A DNA stretch of 64,000 nucleotides, taken from Octopus bimaculoides. Taxonomy: Eukaryota. The stretch lies in the NCBI RefSeq assembly GCF_001194135.2, contig NC_068981.1, positions 72,299,156 through 72,363,155 of the forward strand, in the 5' to 3' direction. The translations under genes and the position numbers were made by a program. This document shows positions 63,644-64,000 of the stretch, piece after piece; the stretch's first letter is position 1, and every line of letters starts with the position of its first letter. The notes under the pieces are model-generated. The model made no database searches. It saw only the letters and a program-made list of their open reading frames with translations, and was not told the origin of the DNA.

Positions 63644-64000
63644 CGATAAATTAAGTACTAGTTGCGTACTGGGGTCGATCTAATCGACTGGCCTTCTCCT
63701 CCTAAATTTCGAGCCTTGTGCCTAGAGTAGAAACGAATATGTTTTATCAAAGCGCCTTTGCACGAAGCATGCATTTCTGCATATGTTGCATAGTTGTCTA
63801 TGATGAAGGATGTTGGGCCTTTAACATCTTGAAGAGGTATATGAGGATAAAAGCATTTTTGACTTGTATGAACAGTTTCTTTCACGAATTTGAAATCTCC
63901 AAATATGTGTCAGTATGCTTCATACTGCTAATGATATTTTCCAACTGAAACTGGTTGATTTCAACGTTTGTGTTTTGTTTTTGAAGAGCATACATAACAA

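Overview
This is AT-rich, microsatellite- and SINE-dense animal genomic DNA with many N gaps. The repeat landscape looks like an Octopus assembly, which is an inference. It holds two convergent host genes, both rebuilt by hand from splice sites and reading-frame phase. On + are the last 7 coding exons of a FOXRED2/ERFAD flavoprotein gene (3238-35823; earlier exons are upstream or in a gap). On - is a complete 3-exon, 174-aa NUDT1/MTH1 8-oxo-dGTPase CDS (42241 to 36868). Introns and intergenic DNA carry tRNA-derived SINEs, RTE, CR1-like, Tx1-like, R4/Dong-like and Penelope-like retroelement remnants, a dead mariner and a Tc1/mariner-type MITE. The most unusual feature is a set of short (about 1.6 kb) non-LTR elements that appear to encode only an ORF1/Gag-like CCHC protein. 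They sit at one identical nucleotide position inside a host SINE (junction ...AATAAAGAAAT|CGGTATTTCGTC). Two are in tandem at 21524-24747 with target-site duplications, and an internally deleted copy is in a different SINE at 4565-5059. Their 3' tail is shared with a SINE subfamily and, more weakly, with a Tx1-like LINE. No tRNA or rRNA genes and no CRISPR arrays are supported. All protein-family assignments come from recognised motifs, not database searches.
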